Origin: an uncultured delta proteobacterium
Lineage (GTDB): Bacteria; Desulfobacterota; Binatia; Bin18
Length of the DNA stretch: 31,936 nucleotides
NCBI GenBank assembly: GCA_963733195.1
Contig: CAVTCR010000040.1
Location: forward strand, 1 to 31,936
Reading direction: 5' to 3'
Part shown: positions 1 through 10,837 of the stretch, in pieces
Numbering within the stretch: position 1 is the stretch's first letter
Layout of the letters: each line of letters starts with the position of its first letter
The notes under the pieces: generated by a model
The model's input: the letters and a program-made list of their open reading frames with translations, nothing else
Databases searched by the model: none
What the model was told of the DNA's origin: nothing
Program-made: the position numbers and the translations under genes

Positions 1-323
1 GTCTGTAGACCTGCGAAGAGATCCACGCTCATCTGAACGCTAAGGGACAGGAGAAGTGTCATGAGGGGGCCAAAAACCTCTTGCCTTTTCCCCGCGGAAG
101 TTCCCTGATGTCGCACGATTTTTTTAGCCACTTGCGGAGAGTCTAAAAACTAGAGTTTTCGGTCAGTGTTCCGTGGCCTACTTTACATGTATCTCGGCAC
201 AACGCGAAAAAGAGAAAACCCAACGCGACGACTACTCGTCCGAGACTCGATTGTCGGTTGGTGGTGGCATGAACATCATTAGCGTAGCCTTGGGTCTGAT
301 GCGCAATTCGTTCAACTTAGACA

Positions 324-743
324 TCAATCCCCGAATGGGGGATTGCCATCAAATTGCGGAAGGCTGTCGTCGATTTTTACCCAAGATTGCGCGCTATCGC
401 ACCAGATGTTCATTTGTGGTTGGAGCCAAGACGTATCGTCCAACGTCCCAGCTTTCACCCAGTCCAAGGTAGGCGTAGCTGCGACTTCGGATAGTATGGG
501 TGAACCACAATTGCGGCAGAATCGACGAGTCACACACTGACCGCTTTCGCCCACAGTCTCAACGGCCCCGAGCGTGTCACCTTGAATCTTTAGACTCCCC
601 TTCGGCACCGCTACCAGGATTGAAAAGGCAGTACCCGTTTGCCTTTGACAATTCGTACAGTGGCAAACACAAGTCAACGCAGGTTCAGCGTCAGTAGCGT
701 ATCGGATAGTGCCACAGAGACAACCACCAACTATTTTCGCCAT
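324..743 (-). CDS. GFA/CENP-V family zinc-binding protein
   Basis: 139 aa with GGCLCG, CVCHCTNCQR and RFCRNCGS cysteine motifs plus AGTLDD; purine-rich RBS (AGGGGAG) upstream. Confidence 0.92.
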   Translation of the reverse strand: MAKIVGGCLCGTIRYATDAEPALTCVCHCTNCQRQTGTAFSILVAVPKGSLKIQGDTLGAVETVGESGQCVTRRFCRNCGSPILSEVAATPTLDWVKAGTLDDTSWLQPQMNIWCDSAQSWVKIDDSLPQFDGNPPFGD

Positions 744-1115
744 TTGTCTCTCCCCTATTAGAGTTTAGGACAGGTCACCAAGCGAACTGGAACACGGCAT
801 TTGATTCCTTTGTCCTGGGGCTACAGCGAGGCCCGACCAGTAATTCACTGGCCATTTTGCCTTGATAGTATGATATGGGCTGAGTTTTCAGGCAGTTTTG
901 CCTTGTGCCCATTATCAGTAATCTCACAGCGCCATGACGGAGCCCTCATAGGGCTGACGCAACGCGAAGTCAACAGCCAAACCTCTTCGCTGATATCCGT
1001 ACGGGGCTCCGGCTCTATCTCTACCTCCCTACATACCGAGCGCTCCAAGGAGGAATGCCAAAGAGCGGTGCCGGATCAGCGAGCACCTGAGGAAGCATTG
1101 GGACAGGCGGCACAT

Positions 1116-1154
1116 GGAGTGGAGAAGAATTTCACGCTTCCCTTCTTCTCCTCC
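1116..1154. terminator. Hairpin just downstream of cyclase-STAND gene 1
   Basis: GGAGAAGAA (1121-1129) pairs with TTCTTCTCC (1143-1151), about 10 nt after the stop at 1163; no U-tract. Confidence 0.4.
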
Positions 1155-1162
1155 TGCCCGCT

Positions 1163-4100
1163 CTACGCCAACTCGTCAAGCAGTGCCTTCGCCTCTTGCA
1201 GGTCTTTGGTATCAAACCCTTCGGTGAACCAGGAGTAGACCTCGGATAACAGTCTGGTGTGCTTCTTTGACTTTGCCTTGTTGCTGCCACAACCGTACGA
1301 GGCTCGTCGTTGCCCGCAGTTCCAAAGACTTGGCCTGTTGCTGACGGGCAATCTCAGTGGCTTTGAGAAAACACGCTTCGGCCTCCGCTTGGATGCTAGG
1401 TGTGAGGGGCCGGGGGCTAGTTCCTCTTTTTGCCTTTTGCTTTGCCTCTTGCAGCGTTAGCTCGCCGCGCAGTCGATACAGCTCCGCCTCATGCTCGTGC
1501 TCTTGGGTCATCTCGACAAGACTGAATGCCTCGGCCAGCTCGGCTACCCCTACTTCGATCTGCCCAACTTTCCCGTCTACCTCCGCCATCAGCGCAAGAT
1601 AATAGAGCTGCCACAGGCGTGCCCCAGTGGCCCCGTACGCGGCCAATCCCCGGCGCATCTGCGCAAGCCCTTCTTCCTCCTGCCCCTGCTCAGTCAGTGC
1701 CCAGCCCCGCAGGATAGTCCCCTCCGCCAACCAATAGGTAAATCCCTGCTCGGTCGAAAGAGTGATGGTTGCTTCCGCCCGCTCGTATGCTATTCGGGCC
1801 TCACCGCGGAATTGCCCGACTCGAGCCGCAAAGTTTAAGGCTGCACACTGGCTGAGAGGGTGAGCGAGGTCTTGGGCAAGGGTGAGTGCTTCATGCATTC
1901 GCCCTAGGGCCTGATCTACATACCCACGATACCATAGGGCCATGGCCACGAAGCATAAACATCCCACTCCAGGATCTGTCCCTCCGTAGCGAGCGGCTCC
2001 CTGATGGAGCTGAGGATCGTAGAGGGCGATCCCCGCTTCGAGCTGCGCACACGCGGGAGCAAACTCCCCCAGGTCGTACAACGTATAACCTAACGCCCGG
2101 TGGGCTGTGAGGAGCAGTACTGGATCAGCTTGGCGTTGAGCCAGACGGAGGAGCTCTTCCGCTTGCTCCCGGGCAGTCTGGAGCTTTGCGGCCACAAAAT
2201 GAAACCACCACAGCCCATACAGTGCGGAAAAGAGCTGGAGCGTATTCCCCCCCTGGAGACAGAGTTCTCGGGCCCGCGCATAAGTACGTTCCACTTCCCG
2301 GGCTGCATAGCCCTTGGTTGCGATCAAAGCTGGGCCTAAGGTGATCTGCAGGTTAAGCTCTTGCTCGGCGCGCTCAGGAGTGTCCGGCAGAGTCTTAAGC
2401 AACTCCAGCCCCTTGGTCAGGTGACTGATCGCCTCCACATAGGCCGAGCGCTGGCTGGCTCGCTCCCGGCCTGCTGCCAGTAGGGAATGGCTTGTGCGAT
2501 GAGCCCGGCCTCCGTGTAGTGGTGGGCCAGCAGTTCAGGCTGGGTCTCTTTGGTCTCAGGGAATCGTTCCTCCAGCACCTGGGCAATCTGCTGATGATAC
2601 TGCTGCCGGGTGCTCTTGAGCAAGCGATTGATAGGCGGCATCCTGAATGAGCGCATGCTTGAAGAGGTAGCGCGCTTGTGGCGGCAGCCCGCGCTGGTAG
2701 AGCACTTCGGCTTCGACCAGTTGCGCCAGAGCCTGCTGCAGGTTCGTCTCCTCCTTTGCGGAGACGGCTTGGAGTAGTTCATACGAAAACTCTCGTCCCA
2801 GCGTTGCGCCCATCTGCGCCACCTCTTTGGCTGGTCCTAGCCGGTCCAGCCGCGCCATAAGCGAGTCCTGTAAGGTGGCGGGAATTGCGAGCGGGGGCAG
2901 GGGGCCGACCAGCTCGTAATGGCCGTCCACCTCGCGTACCAGCCCTGACTCCACCACCATCTTGCTCAGCTCTTCCACAAACAAGCGGGACGCCATCGGT
3001 CTTGGCTGCAATCTGCTGCAACACTTCAGACGGCAAGGCCTTACCCCCTGTGACCTGCTCCGACCATCGCCTCGATGTGAGTACGCCCAAGGCGGTTGAG
3101 TGTGAGCTGGGTGAGGTAGGAGCGCGGACTGCCAAGGCGGCGTAAAATCAGGCCGAAACGTCAGCATGGCGAACATCCGTGTAGTGGGGATTTGCTCTAG
3201 GAAGAGCGTGAGCAGCTCCAGCGTGGAGGGATCGGCCCAGTGCAGATCTTCCCAGGCACAGAACACTGCGGCTTTCTCTGCCTCCTCCATCATCCACGCT
3301 ACTAAGGCTTCCTGGGTCTTTTGCTTCTGCTTCTGGGGACTCACGTAATCGGCGGGTAGCCTTCGGGATGGGGAAGCGACAACAAGGCGGCCAACAGGGG
3401 CACCGTATCCGCCTGCGGGAAGCGATAGTGATTCAGCGTATGCTTGGAGTTTCTCCAGCTTTGCTGCGGGAGCATCTGCTCGTGCAAACTGGAGCAGGCG
3501 CTGCAGATGGTCAATGATGGGATAGAAGGCGCTGTTCTGGTGATAAGGTGAGCAGCGAAACTCGATGCGCGTAGCGCTCTCGGCCAGCACCTGCTCTTTG
3601 AGCGCCTGCACGAGGCGGGATTTGCCAATCCCGGCCTCCCCGCTCAGCAGCACCACCTGACCCGCGCCGTCTTTGGCCTGTATCCAGCGCCGCTGCAATA
3701 AACCGAGTTCTTCTTCGCGCCCGACCAGGGGGGTTAAGCCAGCACCGACAGCCACTTCAAAGCGGCTCTGCGCTGAACTCTCTCCGATGACGCGATACAG
3801 CGACAGAGGAGTGGAAATCCCTTTGAGTGTCTGGGGTCCCAGGGCCTGGCACTCAAACAAGCCGTGCACCAGGCGCTGTGTCGCCGCACTCATGACCACG
3901 GTGTCGGGCTCAGCCACTCCCTGCACGCGGGCGGCAATGTTCGGCGTCTCGCCTAACGCTAGTCGCTCTGTGTGTTCTCCCGCTGCCAATCTCGCCCACC
4001 ACCACCGGCCCGGTATGAATGCCAATCCGCACCTGTAACGGCGGGGTATACTGCCAACTGGCTGACCGCCGCCACAATCTCCAAGCCGCTGCGCACAGCG

Positions 4101-4609
4101 CGGGCCGCATCGTCTTCATGCGCGGTCGGATAGCCGAAGTACACCAGCACGCCATCGCCCAGATACTGGGCAATATGCCCCTCGTAGCGGGCGATGACCT
4201 GGCGACAGGCGGCCTGATAGGCCACCACCCGACCATGATAGTCCTCGGGGTCGAGCTGTTGGGAAAGGGTGGTGGACCCGACCAAGTCAATGAACATCAC
4301 CGTCAGTTGGCGCCGCTCGCCGTCGGAACGTTGAGCGTGGAGTGTAGAGCGTGGAGCGACGCTTGGTTCCCGCAGCTCTGCCTTCCCACTCTCTACGCTC
4401 TTCGCTTCACGCTCTCCGGTCTTTCCTGCCCAGACCAGCACCTCACCATCTTCATCCACCGCCAGCCGCTTGGCCTTGATGAGTTCCGCCTTGAGCGCCT
4501 CAAGGTAGGCGTCGTCGAGGTTAAACCGCAGCTTCAGCGCCGGGTACGACAGCCGCCCTTCGCGCTGGAGTAGCTCCAGCACTTGGACCAGAATCTCATC
4601 AAACGTCAT
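1163..4609 (-). CDS. Class III adenylate/guanylate cyclase-AAA ATPase (STAND)-TPR protein, paralog 1, frameshifted
   Basis: Fragments assemble in order: N-terminal helical domain [10 protein letters not shown]...[29 protein letters not shown], Walker A GEAGIGKS, Walker [23 protein letters not shown] region, C-terminal [22 protein letters not shown]; several frame changes. Confidence 0.9.
4333..4414. repeat. Inverted pair of GAGCGTG-type heptamer arrays inside the cyclase 1 linker
   Basis: GAGCGTG GAGTGTA GAGCGTG GAGCGA (4333-4359) versus CACTCTC TACGCTC TTCGCTT CACGCTC (4387-4414). Confidence 0.8.
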
Positions 4610-4680
4610 GGTCTGCTCGCTACGGCCTCTTTACGCCTTTGCTTGTCGCGGTACAAGCCGAACGCTTGCTCGCCACCTGG

Positions 4681-5358
4681 TCAAGCCGCCAGCTGCTGCT
4701 GGGCGGTCTCCCTTCGCTTGACACCATCGCGGTATTGCACTCCCGCGTATACGGCTGGCAGCAACTCCGCTCCTTTCAGTTTGCGGAACGTAGACTCGGC
4801 CACTTGTAAAATCTTCCAGATCAACGCTGTTGCGTTCTCCGCCTTCTTGAAGCGTTTAGCGGCGGTGGTGCGCAGCCGTACCGTGGCGAAGGGGGACTCG
4901 ACGACATTCGTGGTTCTGAGGTGCGGCCAGTGCTCGCGAGGAAACTGGTAGAACGTTACGAGCCGTTCCCAATCATCGGCGAGCCGCTCGACTGCCTTGG
5001 GAGCTAATTTACGGTAACGCGTGGTGAACTGCTCCCGCAGTGCTTCACAGGCGGCCTGGGTCTCGGCATAGGGCATGGCACACAGCAGCGTACGGGCCTC
5101 CGCGTGGAGTTTCTTCGGTAGCGCGTCAAGCACATTGGTCAGGGTCAGACGCCGCGGCTTGCCATAGCCGTTGCGATATCCTGGGGCTGCATCGACGGCC
5201 CCGCGTCGGGCAGACTTCGTGCGCCCTAATAACTCGGTGACCTCTTCTTCCAACAGAGCCTGAATGAATTGCTGGACATGGTCGCGGACGAAATCTTCTA
5301 ACCGCTCCCACGTGCTGTTTGCTCTCGGCTCTAGTGTGGTCGGCTTCGACTTCTCCAT
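4681..5358 (-). pseudogene. IS256 (Mutator) transposase with in-frame internal deletion
   Basis: N-terminal GYRNGYGKPRRLTLT joined directly to NVLDALPK; C-terminal LRTTNVVESPF retained; 225 aa versus roughly 400 aa typical; two catalytic Asp segments and CxxH are missing. Confidence 0.85.
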
Positions 5359-5459
5359 AGTGCATCCTCCTTCTCTGCCCGGGCCGCAGCCCGGGGGGTT
5401 AGGTCACCCAAGAGGATACGCCGCCTGACTCGCGTTTACACACTTCCTGGAGTCACCTC
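4681..5459 (-). mobile_element. Defective IS256-family insertion sequence
   Basis: Left end on the minus strand, GAGGTGACTCCAGGAAGTGTGTAAAC (5459-5434), resembles IS256 termini; transposase ORF follows; no intact right end or target duplication seen. Confidence 0.8.
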
Positions 5460-5779
5460 TTCCGTCCCCGCACCAACTCCATCGCCCGCACGGTGATGAT
5501 TTGCTCAGCATCCCTAGGAAAAAAGCAATCATCCGCCACGGTTGGTAGAGGGCCAAATTCGAGGTTCAAATCCACTTGATTGTCCGGTGGCCACCACCGC
5601 AGGCGTAAGCCGACAGCTTCTGGTGGAATGTCGTGCGTAGTTTGCTGTCCCCCAGGACCGTCGTAGAAGTATTCCCCTTCCTCACCCTCCCGACTGACCA
5701 ACCACGCACCTAACCAACGCTTGCGGGCATTCGATGCTTTGTCGGTTTCACCCCAATTCATCTCGAGTTTTGTCGGCAT
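5453..5779 (-). CDS. Hypothetical protein, 108 aa
   Basis: ATG with GAGGGA RBS, protein-like Trp/Gly-rich composition, same strand as neighbours; stop codon lies inside the IS end. Confidence 0.7.
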   Translation of the reverse strand: MPTKLEMNWGETDKASNARKRWLGAWLVSREGEEGEYFYDGPGGQQTTHDIPPEAVGLRLRWWPPDNQVDLNLEFGPLPTVADDCFFPRDAEQIITVRAMELVRGRKR

Positions 5780-5803
5780 GGATAAGATTCCCTCAAACAG
5801 AAA

Positions 5804-5899
5804 CAGTAGTCAGCATTCAGTAGTCAGTAGGGAAAAACTGCAAGTCGTAGACCTCAACACCTTTTTACCAACCCCTGACCCCTAATCCCCAACCCCTAG
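5804..5899. repeat. Two intergenic heptamer arrays
   Basis: CAGTAGT CAGCATT CAGTAGT CAGTAG (5804-5830) and CCCCTGA CCCCTAA TCCCCAA CCCCTAG (5872-5899). Confidence 0.85.
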
Positions 5900-7018
5900 T
5901 TAGTTTACCGCCGGCACCTCAAAGCCATACAGCTTCGCAGCATTCAAACCCAGGACCTTACGCCGCTCCTCTTCAGTAAGGTCACTCATAGTGCGATCAA
6001 TCACTTCTTGCGATCGCGGCCAGGTACCTTCGTGATGTGGGTAATCATCGCCCCACATCAGATTTTCGATCCCAACCCATTTGCGGTTCTCGATACCGAT
6101 TGGATCATCTTGAAACGTCGCAAACCCCTGTCGTCGGAAGTAGTCGCTCGGCAGCATCTGCATTTTCGGCGCGACCCAAAAGTGATGCTTCTTGTAACCT
6201 TCATCCATCACCCATAGTGTCCAGGCTAACCACCCAATCCCGGCCTCAACTGTGCCGAACTTCAGCTTCGGAAACCGTTCGCACAGGCCGGAAGCACAGA
6301 ACTGAACAACTGGCTCAATCGCGGTGGCCAACGCGTGACACACGTAGTTGATAATCGCGCCACCGTTGCCGGTCGCTGTACGGGGATCTTTGCCAGTACC
6401 AACATGAAAGCTGATTGGCATGCCTGTTTCTTGAATCGCCGCCCAGATTGGATCGAACAACGGTAGGTTGTAGGGTTGGTCTTGAACTTGGACAGGCAAA
6501 AAGACCGTGCGATAACCCATCTTGGCAACCCGCTGAATCTCCTTCACTGCCGACTCCACATCTTTAGGAGCAACGGCAGCAACAGGAGCACACCGGTGTT
6601 TCTGGGGGCCAAAAACTTCGATTGCCCAATCGTTCCAGACCTTACACATAGCAGTTTGCATGGCTGGATCAGGCGAGGCCCACATGAGTAATCCACGATT
6701 GGGATAGATCACTTCAGCATCTATGCCGTCACGATCGAGATCCTTCATACGCGATTCGAGATCCGGGCGTCCACCTTTGGCACGTTCGAGGTCTTCCCCT
6801 TCGAGGGTGAAGTCGCGAATCCGCAACGGCCGCCCACCTTCAACGATGAGGACCTTATAGCCTTTTGCATCAATCTCAACCCGTGGGAGGCGATGGCGGA
6901 ACTTCGCTTCAATGCGACGTTCCCACAAATCCGGCGGCTCTAGCACATGGCAATCTGACGAAACAATAAAATATTTCTTGGCAGGGTTGGTCGTTACGGT
7001 ACCGTCAACTGCGGCCAT
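5900..7018 (-). CDS. Amidohydrolase family protein (Amidohydro_2 type)
   Basis: SSDCHVLEP, DGIDAEVIYP, ISFHVG, VEAGIGW and WGDDYPHHEG motifs; start set at MAAVDG after GGAGGAGG RBS. Confidence 0.92.
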   Translation of the reverse strand: MAAVDGTVTTNPAKKYFIVSSDCHVLEPPDLWERRIEAKFRHRLPRVEIDAKGYKVLIVEGGRPLRIRDFTLEGEDLERAKGGRPDLESRMKDLDRDGIDAEVIYPNRGLLMWASPDPAMQTAMCKVWNDWAIEVFGPQKHRCAPVAAVAPKDVESAVKEIQRVAKMGYRTVFLPVQVQDQPYNLPLFDPIWAAIQETGMPISFHVGTGKDPRTATGNGGAIINYVCHALATAIEPVVQFCASGLCERFPKLKFGTVEAGIGWLAWTLWVMDEGYKKHHFWVAPKMQMLPSDYFRRQGFATFQDDPIGIENRKWVGIENLMWGDDYPHHEGTWPRSQEVIDRTMSDLTEEERRKVLGLNAAKLYGFEVPAVN

Positions 7019-7441
7019 TCCAAGGCCCTCCTCCATTGTGTCGGTAAGTTGTGATGACAAGGTAAAGCCTGGTTATTATGGCGTTTCTCCTCTTGAACAA
7101 CCAGCCCCTAATCCTTAAACCCTACCCCCAGAGAAGTAAGGGGGCGTTGCGAGACTGGGAGGTTTTCTTTATAAAGCCCAGACTTATTATTTCTTTTATC
7201 TGTCCTCTGATTTGGAGAAAGACTACCGTCGTGAGAGAATAGACCTGAGATCGTTTCACTAGGTAGGTGTAGGTAGCAAAGGAACTGCAAAAACTCCCTT
7301 CCCTGCGACGTCCCCTTCTGCTGTCGTGTCTCCGCACGAGAGAAATGGATTTCCCGGATAAGTGGGTTTCGACTGTAGTGCCACTCAAAGCTAAGTAATG
7401 AGGGCGAGACGTTCCTGTGTAACCAAGAAAGGTAGAATCCG

Positions 7442-8008
7442 TTGACTGAACAGACTATGTTATCCAGCTTGCTGACAGGCAGCCTCAGCTATGTAGTGTT
7501 TTTCGCCTATGCGAGTTTCTTTGAATGGAGCTTGCATAAATACATTATGCATATGACTACGTGGACTTATCCTTTTACGTCTCATGCATTGACTCATCAC
7601 GGATTGTTTCGTGCGGATCGTTCGTATCATCTTCAACGCGAAGAAGACAAGCCAAAGGTAACATTCGCCTGGTGGAATGCACCAGGGCTCGTACTCCTAC
7701 AGTCTCCACTCTTGCTTATCGCCCTATACTTTTTCGGTTGGCCGGCATTTTTTGGTGGGTTGCTGGCTATGGTCACCGACTACGTTCTGTATGAAGCGCT
7801 GCACTGGTGCATGCATGTACCCCAGGGCCGTTGGATTGAACGAACCTGGGTTTTTCAGTGGCTAAATGCTCATCATCATTATCACCATTTGTACCCATTC
7901 AAGAACTTAAATGTCGTATTGCCACTTGCGGATTGGGTCATGGGAACGCTGGTCCCGCTTCCTGCCAAGAACCCCGAGTTTGAGTCGAAGAAGGCACAAG
8001 CGGCGTAG
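7442..8008 (+). CDS. Fatty acid hydroxylase/sterol desaturase family membrane protein
   Basis: Histidine boxes EWSLHKYIMH, HALTHH, YEALHWCMH and HHHYHH; NLNVVLPLADWVMGT; hydrophobic segments. Confidence 0.88.
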   Translation: MTEQTMLSSLLTGSLSYVVFFAYASFFEWSLHKYIMHMTTWTYPFTSHALTHHGLFRADRSYHLQREEDKPKVTFAWWNAPGLVLLQSPLLLIALYFFGWPAFFGGLLAMVTDYVLYEALHWCMHVPQGRWIERTWVFQWLNAHHHYHHLYPFKNLNVVLPLADWVMGTLVPLPAKNPEFESKKAQAA

Positions 8009-8014
8009 CTCTTC

Positions 8015-8110
8015 ACAGGGGTCGGGGGTCAGGGACCAGGTATTGGTATGTATCTTCACCCGATTGACTGTTTCCCCTTCTTTACCGGCCCCTGATCCCC
8101 AACCCCTTGT
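8015..8110. repeat. Inverted GGGGTCA-type heptamer arrays between convergent genes (possible terminator)
   Basis: ACAGGGGTCGGGGGTCAGGGACCAGG versus CCGGCCCCTGATCCCCAACCCCTTGT. Confidence 0.8.
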
Positions 8111-8112
8111 CC

Positions 8113-9798
8113 CTATTGCTCCACATTCCCGCGCAATACCCTTCCGGGTAGTACGTTCTGAGCTTCACCATGCGAGTACAGTATCTGACCATTGACGATA
8201 GTATGAGCAATCCCGCTCGACTTCTCGATGTACCGTAGACCACCACCAGGAAAGTCGTTCACTGGTTCCTGTTTTTCACAGGCGATCGTTTCGGGGTCAA
8301 AAACAACCAGGTCAGCAATCATCCCCGGCGCGACAGTGCCACGTAATGGTACGCCAAACACCTGTGCAGGGACTGAGGTCAGTCGCCGAATTGCTTCTTC
8401 GAGTGGGAGCATTTGCTTTTCTCGTACAATCGTTCCTAACAGATAGGTTGAGTATCCAGCCTCACAGCGCATGTCTGCGTGGGCACCACCATCAGAAAGC
8501 CCAACCAACGTGTGCGGGTGTGTCAGCATTTCTGGATTGACCTGACCAAACTCGTAGAGGAATTGCAGGTCAAGATTGTCTTCTAATGCGAGGTCAAAAA
8601 ACAGATCGAGCGGATCTTTCCCGTGTTGCTGTGCCAACGTCTGCACGTCTTTTTCGAGGAGCCCGTTGAGTTCCGGTTTGTTGACGGTGAATACGCTCAT
8701 GTTATTCCACTGACCAGTGAAAAGACGCGGTTGCTTCATTTCTTCACGAAAGGCAGTGCGGAACGCTGCGCTGGCATACAGTTGCTTCTGTTCTGCCAGT
8801 GGGCGATCAAATACTACTTTCCAGCAGTCGAAGTTGCCAAAAATAAAAGGCCGCTTGAGACTAAAGCGGGCACTTTTGTAGTGACAGGGGACTTGTCCAA
8901 GAGGCAGGTAGCCACGATCAAATAGTGGCACGACACGCTTGAGGGCGTCTTTCCAGGCGTCAGGTGGCGCTTCGGGCTTTTGCAGCAAACCCAGCCAGGT
9001 AACGGGTCGCTCACTTTGTGTCAGGAGAAACGTCAACAGATCATATTCGTCATCCGACAACATCCCTGGACTACGAGTCAGGGCGATTTCAATCGAGCCG
9101 CGTTTTAGCTCTTTGAGCACTCCAGCCAACGCAGAAAGTTCATCACGACTGGCCAGACGACATGGCAATGGCCGTCCTTGAAAACCCAGATGCTGAGGCA
9201 GTACCGTTGTCGAAAAACCAAACGCCCCGGCTTCCATCGCTGCACGGAACAGCCCCCGAAGCTGTTGGGTTTCTTTTTCTGTCGCGGCGCGCTCCTTGCT
9301 TTCATCTCCCAACACGTACTGTCGTAATGGTGACAACGGTACCATCAAACCGACGTTAATCCCTAGGCCACTCTTCGTAATGGCATCGAGATACTCCGTA
9401 ACACTCTCCCAGGACCACTGCACCCCCTTCTGCAAAACCTCTAGTGACATTCCTTCAACGTTAACCAGATCCCCAACTAATGCTTCACGATCCTTGGGTT
9501 TACAGGGAGCCAACCCCACACCACAATTCCCCATAATGATTGACGTAACTCCATGCCACGGCGAACAGGTCACCAATGGGTCCCATAACACCTGTGCGTC
9601 ATAGTGGGTGTGATGGTCAATAAAGCCCGGACACACCACGTGCCCACGCGCGTCGATAACCTTCTTTGCATCCTTATGTGAGAGTTTCGGTGCGATTGCA
9701 GTGATGCGGTCTCCGGTAATGGCAATATCGGCAGGAAAGCCAGTCCGCCCCGTACCGTCAATGATCATTCCTCCACTAATGAGCAGGTCGTATCCCAT
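8113..9798 (-). CDS. N-acyl-D-amino-acid deacylase (D-aminoacylase)-like amidohydrolase
   Basis: 561 aa; IIDGTG, PGFIDHHTHYD, MGNCGVG, SDGGAH and ADLVVFDP motifs; GAGGAGG RBS. Confidence 0.92.
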   Translation of the reverse strand: MGYDLLISGGMIIDGTGRTGFPADIAITGDRITAIAPKLSHKDAKKVIDARGHVVCPGFIDHHTHYDAQVLWDPLVTCSPWHGVTSIIMGNCGVGLAPCKPKDREALVGDLVNVEGMSLEVLQKGVQWSWESVTEYLDAITKSGLGINVGLMVPLSPLRQYVLGDESKERAATEKETQQLRGLFRAAMEAGAFGFSTTVLPQHLGFQGRPLPCRLASRDELSALAGVLKELKRGSIEIALTRSPGMLSDDEYDLLTFLLTQSERPVTWLGLLQKPEAPPDAWKDALKRVVPLFDRGYLPLGQVPCHYKSARFSLKRPFIFGNFDCWKVVFDRPLAEQKQLYASAAFRTAFREEMKQPRLFTGQWNNMSVFTVNKPELNGLLEKDVQTLAQQHGKDPLDLFFDLALEDNLDLQFLYEFGQVNPEMLTHPHTLVGLSDGGAHADMRCEAGYSTYLLGTIVREKQMLPLEEAIRRLTSVPAQVFGVPLRGTVAPGMIADLVVFDPETIACEKQEPVNDFPGGGLRYIEKSSGIAHTIVNGQILYSHGEAQNVLPGRVLRGNVEQ

Positions 9799-10269
9799 AG
9801 TCCTCCTCTTTCTCGTTCAGGTTTGCGGTCGTTTCTTGATCAGATACGCATGCGATTCCTTCAAGGACAATCTCTCCTCGTTGATTCCTCACGCGTGTCG
9901 TCAGACGCAGAAGCCCTGAGTCGGATTTCGGGACTAACTCAGTCACTTCCAGTTCAGGTGCAATAGTATCACCGATCAGCACTGGCTTCAGAAACCGTGA
10001 AGACTGTTCGACAAAGGCAATAATCGAACCTTCGATGAGCGGCGAAAGGAGGATGCTCCCGATGCCGTCATAGAAGCAACCAAGAGGCCGTGCGCAACAC
10101 GTTTGCCGAAGCGCGTCGTCTTGGCATACTCATCATCATAATGGATCGGATGATTATCTCCCGTCATTCCGGCAAAGAACAAAAAGTGCGCATCGGTCAT
10201 CGTCTTCGCCGGGATGTGAAACTTTTCGCCGAGGTGAAAGTCTTCGAAATATTTCGTTTGCGTGGGCAT
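9776..10269 (-). CDS. MaoC family dehydratase (hotdog fold), frameshifted
   Basis: YFEDF, FAGMTGDNHPIHYD, FGKRVAHG in 9988-10269; C-terminal VLIGDTI...VRNQRGEIVLEG in 9776-9982; true 3' end uncertain. Confidence 0.85.
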
Positions 10270-10283
10270 GATTCGTTTTCAGA

Positions 10284-10362
10284 ACGTGTTGTGTGAAACG
10301 TGGTACGTATTGCGTGGAGTGGTCCGTCATGGGTTCCACGTTTCACGTAACACGCATCACGT
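10284..10362. repeat. Inverted ACGTGTT/AACACGC-type heptamer arrays (intra-operon hairpin)
   Basis: ACGTGTT GTGTGAA ACGTGGT ACGTATT GCGTGGA versus TCCACGT TTCACGT AACACGC ATCACGT. Confidence 0.85.
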
Positions 10363-10363
10363 C

Positions 10364-10759
10364 TTACTTCTTCTCATCGAGCACCGCAATCGCATCAATC
10401 TCAATCAACGCATCCGGTCGTACCAATTCTTTCACCACGATACCTGTTGCTGCCGGGAAGCCATTCTTGAAGTATTCCCGCCGCACATCTGCTGTTCCTT
10501 TATAGCCTTCCATAGTCGTGATGTAGTCGACCGTCTTCACGATATCGTCAAAGCTGCTTCCTGCCGCTTCAAGGACTTCCTTCATCTTTGCAAATATGTG
10601 GCGAGTCTGCGCCACAATGTCGCCAACACCGACAATGTCTCCTTTGTTGTCGGTCGCAGTCATCCCTGAGATGAAAAGAAGATTGCCTTTCCGCACTGCG
10701 GGTGAGAAGGTGTAACGTTTACTGAAGTTCCACGGATCAATCACTTCTAGCTTCGGCAT
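10364..10759 (-). CDS. Rid (YjgF/YER057c/UK114) family protein
   Basis: FSPAVRKGNLLFISG, QT..IF, LEAAGSSFDDIVK, ALIEIDAIA; has FPAAT instead of PAR. Confidence 0.92.
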   Translation of the reverse strand: MPKLEVIDPWNFSKRYTFSPAVRKGNLLFISGMTATDNKGDIVGVGDIVAQTRHIFAKMKEVLEAAGSSFDDIVKTVDYITTMEGYKGTADVRREYFKNGFPAATGIVVKELVRPDALIEIDAIAVLDEKK

Positions 10760-10806
10760 GCTTCGCTTCCTCTTTTCCTTTGACTCTCTCCCAGTACCGT
10801 TTTTGA

Positions 10807-10836
10807 TCTCTACACATGCAGTCCGACAGGAGTCAA
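10807..10836 (-). promoter_or_regulatory. Possible sigma70 promoter for the rid-maoC-deacylase operon
   Basis: TTGACT then 18 nt then TAGAGA on the minus strand; weak -10. Confidence 0.25.
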
Positions 10837-10837
10837 G

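Noticed and set aside
1-170. Possible IS end (TAGACTCTCCGCAAGTGGCT on the minus strand) and a short minus-strand ORF leaving the window
   Set aside because: No partner repeat or transposase motif visible; cannot be supported within this window
845-1048. 67 aa minus-strand ORF
   Set aside because: No motif, no convincing start context; treated as intergenic
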